A stretch of DNA of 64,000 bases. It comes from Hemiscyllium ocellatum (Eukaryota). Within the stretch, counting starts at the first letter, position 1. Each line of letters opens with the position of its first letter. The notes under the pieces were generated by a model. The model was given only the letters and a program-made list of their open reading frames with translations. It was not told where the DNA came from and ran no database searches. The DNA is taken from the NCBI RefSeq assembly GCF_020745735.1, contig NC_083409.1, forward strand, positions 16,416,789 through 16,480,788, read 5' to 3'. The position numbers and the translations under genes were made by a program. Positions 60,001-64,000 of this stretch are shown here, piece by piece.

Positions 60001-62775
60001 TATGGAGTTAGGAGGTGGGATGAACAGGAATAAGGGTTTCTGTGGTCAAGGGGCTGACATAGTGCAGAGAGACAACGTTGTGGAGATAGAAAAGAGGCCG
60101 ACGTGATGGAGATGATGTGCGGTTTGAAGCTCAGATACTGAAGGGTGCAGTGGCATGGAAGCCCATGTTTACTGGTCTCTATTGGAGGATCAGTGGGAAC
60201 AGGATGCATGCCTACTGGTCTCTATTGTAAGGTTCAGGGTAAAGAAGGCCCTAGTTTACTGGTCTCTACTGAAGTGTCTTGTGAGATGGTGACCCATGTT
60301 TACTGGAGTTTATTGGATGATCCAGTGGGCTGGGGGCCTGTGATTACTGGTGTCTATTGAAGGGCCCAGTGTAATGGAGGTCCATGTTTACTGATATGTA
60401 TTGGATGATCCAGTGGTATAAAGATCCATATATACTGGTCTCTGCTGGACATCCAGTGGGAAGGAGGCCTTTGTTTGCTGGTCTCCATTAGAGAGTCCAG
60501 TGGGTCATGGACATCATGGTGGGTGTGGGACTCAGTTTCTTTCTGTTGTAATTGTGTGATGGTCCTGACCTCATCCCAGTAAAACACCCTGACCCAGAGC
60601 CTGACTGTGGAAGGGGAAGGAGAGGGGAAAGGATTGGAACATGTTGTGGATGGACAGGATGGGTCAGTGTGTCAGAGCCTGTCCTGTCCCCCTAGCTCAC
60701 ACTGATGGCCTGAGGATCTCCTCTCTCTGCTGGATCTTCATGGAATGAGGTTTGTGTCCAAACCAGTCCCCATGAGAATAGGCCAACGGCACAGAACTGT
60801 CTTCATTTAACAAGAATCTGTCCATCATCTTGAGACAGGCTAATGCCTGGTCAATGTGGGAAATGAGGCCTTAGTCCAGGATAAGACATGCTTCTGAGGT
60901 TAAGGGTTTACATCCATTGTTGTAGTTCTGTTCGCCGAGCTGGGAATTTGTGTTGCAGACGTTTCATCCCCTGTCTAGGTGACATCCTCAGTGCTTGGGA
61001 GCCTCCTGTGAAGCGCTTCTGTGATGTTTCCTCCGGCATTTATAGTGATTTGTCTCTGCTGCTTCCGGTTGTCAGTTCCAGCTGTCTAATGCAGTGGCCT
61101 GTATATTGGGTCCAGGTCGATGTGCATATTGATTGAATCTGTGGATGAGTGCCATGCCTCTAGGAATTCCCTGGCTGTTCTCTGTTTGGCTTGTCCTATA
61201 ATAGTAGTGCTGTCCCAGTCAAACATCCATTAGTGGGATAGAGCAGAGGGAGATTTGCCCTGCAATTAACTGTCACCACCTGGGATACTGTGGGAAAGAG
61301 AGGGAAGATAGGCAGAATGATAGCTGAAGGGAGAGTGTGTCTGAGAGAGAGAGAGAGAGAGGGAGGTGTGTCTGCGATAGTGTGAGATGTGTAGAGGGAG
61401 CGAGAGAGATGCAGATGGAAGTAGAGATGGTGAGGTTGAGGGAAATGGGGAAAGAAATAGGGTGTGAGATAGTGTGACTAAGACGGACGGAGAGAGAGAG
61501 AGAGAGAGACCAGCTAGGTGGAGAGGAAGGATGGAGAAAGAAGAAGGAATAGATAAGAAACAAGAAAGGGAGGAAGTGAGGGAAACAGTGAGAGATGGAG
61601 AAATAGAGATTATGAGACAGAGTGAGAAAGTGTGAGTGAGTTGAAGAGAATGATGATGGGACAGAGTGCGAGAGAGAGAGAGAGAATGGGAGAGATTAAG
61701 AGTGCCAAAGAGAGAGATAGAGAGAAAGAGTTGGCAGATGTGAGACAGAATGGGAAGAGAGAGAGAGTGATAAAGAGAGAAAGTGATAAAGAGACAGAGA
61801 CAGGATCTGGTCACCACATTGTGGGAAGGAAGTGATTGTACTCGGGAGGGTTCAGAGATTTCCCAGGATGCTGCCTGGGCTGCAGGGTCTGAGTGATGAG
61901 GAAAGATTGGAAAGACTGGGGTTGTTTTCCTTGGAGCAGTGAAGGTTGAGAGGAAACCTGACAGAGGACTGTAAGGTTATGAGGGTCACAGATAGATTCG
62001 ACAGGAAGGCACTTTTTACACGGATAAAGGTGTCAGAAACTGAGGGTAATACAGACACGGAAACACAGAAACAGGAGTAGCCCACTCAGCCCTTTGTGTC
62101 TGCTCTGTCATTCAGTATGATCATGGCTGATCCTCCATCTCAAAGCCATATTCCTGCTTTCTCCCCATTCCATTCATGCTGTGAAAAGGCAAAACAATAA
62201 TCTTGAATATATTCAATTCTCTCTCCTCCATAGCTGTCAGGATCGTAGGTACAGAGTTCAACAGGTTGACTACCCTCTGAGTGAAGAAATGTTTCCTCAT
62301 CTCAGTCCTAAATGGTCAACTTTGTATCCCCCAAGACTGGGTCCCCGGTTCCAGAATTCCCAACCAGGGAAACCTCCTCCCTGCCCAGCCCTGTTAGAAA
62401 TTTATACATTTCAATCTGATCCCCTCTTATCCTTCTGAACTCAAGTGAGTTCAGGCCCAGTCGACTTAGAGAGTGAGAGGTGAGTTGAGGAGAAATGTTT
62501 TCACCCAGAGGGTGCTGGGAGTCTGGAACTCACTGCCTGAAAGGCTGGCTGAGTCACAAACTCTCGTGACATTGCAGCAATGTTTAGATATACATTTGTG
62601 TTGCTGTAGCTTCCAGGCCTATGGACCAAGAGCGGGAAAATGGGATTAGTTTGTCAAGCTCTTTGTTGTCCAGCACAGACACAATGGGCCAAATGGTCTA
62701 ATTCAGCGCAGTTCACATCAATATCTCTCTAGGATAGACAGACAGAGAGGGAGAATGGCGGAGACAGAGAGAGAG

Positions 62776-62874
62776 AAGTGAAAGTGTGAGGGGCTGATGT
62801 GGCTCTCTCTGCCTAATGCCATTTACATACTGAGGAACACCCAGTCAGACTCTCACAGGCTGCAGCTTTATAAA
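62776..62874 (+). promoter_or_regulatory. V-kappa promoter, unit 3
   Basis: AAGTGAAAGTG 62776-62786, ATTTACAT 62821-62828, TTTATAAA 62867-62874. Confidence 0.8.
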
Positions 62875-62934
62875 GCAGAGCCCAGTGAAGGGAGAGTTTA
62901 TCAGGAACCAGGCACAGGGACAGGAGCACACACC

Positions 62935-62983
62935 ATGATTTCACACATCCAGCTGATCTGGCCCCTGGCATTCTGTGTCTCAG
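62935..62983 (+). CDS. IGKV: Leader exon, unit 3 (MISHIQLIWPLAFCVSG)
   Basis: ATG at 62935, 49 nt, GT donor at 62984. Confidence 0.95.
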
Positions 62984-63169
62984 GTACAAATCTCTCTCCT
63001 TCCACCTTGAATCTTTAGCTGCTCTCCATTTCACTCCAATTCCACTGACTTGTGATTGAAGGGAAAATGCTGAAACCAGAGGAATGCTCAGTGTCTCCAA
63101 CAATCTCTCATTTGACAGGCTCTTTGTGTGACAGTTCTGACTGCATTGTGTTTCTCTCTGACCCCTCAG

Positions 63170-63499
63170 GTATCAGTGGGGACATCACCATGACCCAGTC
63201 TCCCCCGGTGCTGTCAGTGGGACTGGGCCAGACCGCAACCATCACCTGTAAGGCCAGTCAAAGCATTAGCAGCTACCTTGCTTGGTACCAGCAGCGAGAA
63301 GGTCAGAAACCCTCTCTCCTGATCTATGCTGCAACAACTCGATTCACAGGAGTCTCCGATCGATTCACCGGCAGTGGATCAGGGACCAGTTTCACCCTGA
63401 CAATCAGCAACATTCAGAATGAGGATGTCGCTGACTATTCCTGTCAGCAGTATTACAGCTGGCCTTTTACGTTCGGTAAAGGAACCAAGCTCAGACTGA
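63170..63499 (+). CDS. IGKV: Joined, in-frame V-J kappa exon (CDR3 QQYYSWPFT)
   Basis: [35 protein letters not shown]; no RSS between V and J; donor GTAAGT at 63500. Confidence 0.97.
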
Positions 63500-63639
63500 G
63501 TAAGTAAACCTCAATCCTCTGTTATTAACCCTGTCAATACTGAAACACACTTTCTAAAATACAGTTGCTGATTTGTTGAAGGTGTTAGTGGGGAGCTGCA
63601 GTGAATGAAATGGTTGATTGAGGAGCACTGTGTCTAACA

Positions 63640-63874
63640 GGGTGTCCAGCTGTATTTCTTTACTTTCATGCCCGCTTTAAAAAAAGCAAGATATAAGTCA
63701 GTAAGTTTTACTCACCGTGTGGAGGAGCTCTGTCCATTTGCAGCCTGTGGTCCCATTCCTGCAGCATGGAGTGAAATCAGTGAGTAGCCTCCTGCCAGTC
63801 TCAGTGTGACGGACACGGGGCAGAGTTTGATGTGAGCTCTGGCTCCCTGTCCCAGTCTCTGATCTCACTGACCT

Positions 63875-63906
<32 letters not shown>

Positions 63907-63960
63907 CAGTGAGACACCGAGCTCCCACCTCCCCCAGCTTCAGCTCTGCTCAATCACACA
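63640..63960. promoter_or_regulatory. Conserved J-C intron element, unit 3
   Basis: (CAG)10, CACAGTG 63905-63911, antisense donor 63715-63710. Confidence 0.45.
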
Positions 63961-64000
63961 ATCACAGAATTGTTACAGCGCACAAGAAGGCCATTCTGCC

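Larger units (their letters stand above)
56423..64000 (+). repeat. Segmental duplicate copy B of the Ig-kappa cluster
   Basis: Matches 1-8030 minus the V-J spacer; shared Penelope insert (TSD 60910-60918 and 61223-61231). Confidence 0.95.

Overview
Eukaryotic genomic DNA from a cartilaginous fish (shark-type CR1/L2 LINEs, tRNA-derived SINEs, Penelope and Gypsy relics) carrying an immunoglobulin kappa-type (nurse-shark NS4-like) light-chain cluster region. Three related V-J units are visible. (1) A split L-V-RSS...RSS-J unit lies at 6.5-7.5 kb (+), and its V RSS has only a 10-bp spacer. (2) An inverted, already joined VJ pseudogene lies at 11.1-11.7 kb (-), with an FR3 frameshift and an out-of-frame junction. 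(3) A joined, in-frame VJ gene lies at 62.9-63.5 kb (+), inside a near-identical copy of bases 1-8,030. No intact C exon is present; a possible decayed C exon and 3'UTR-like relics lie at 46-51.6 kb and 31.4 kb. A shared upstream module occurs four times, once without a V gene. It includes a ~95%-conserved ~200-bp element with an Ets-IRF composite motif and a 43-44-bp minisatellite. A degenerate telomere-like array is inserted in a LINE tail upstream of unit 2. Two assembly gaps (10554-10566, 12693-12858) limit structural conclusions. Most ORFs in the supplied track are retroelement fragments or spurious. Percent identities are hand estimates.
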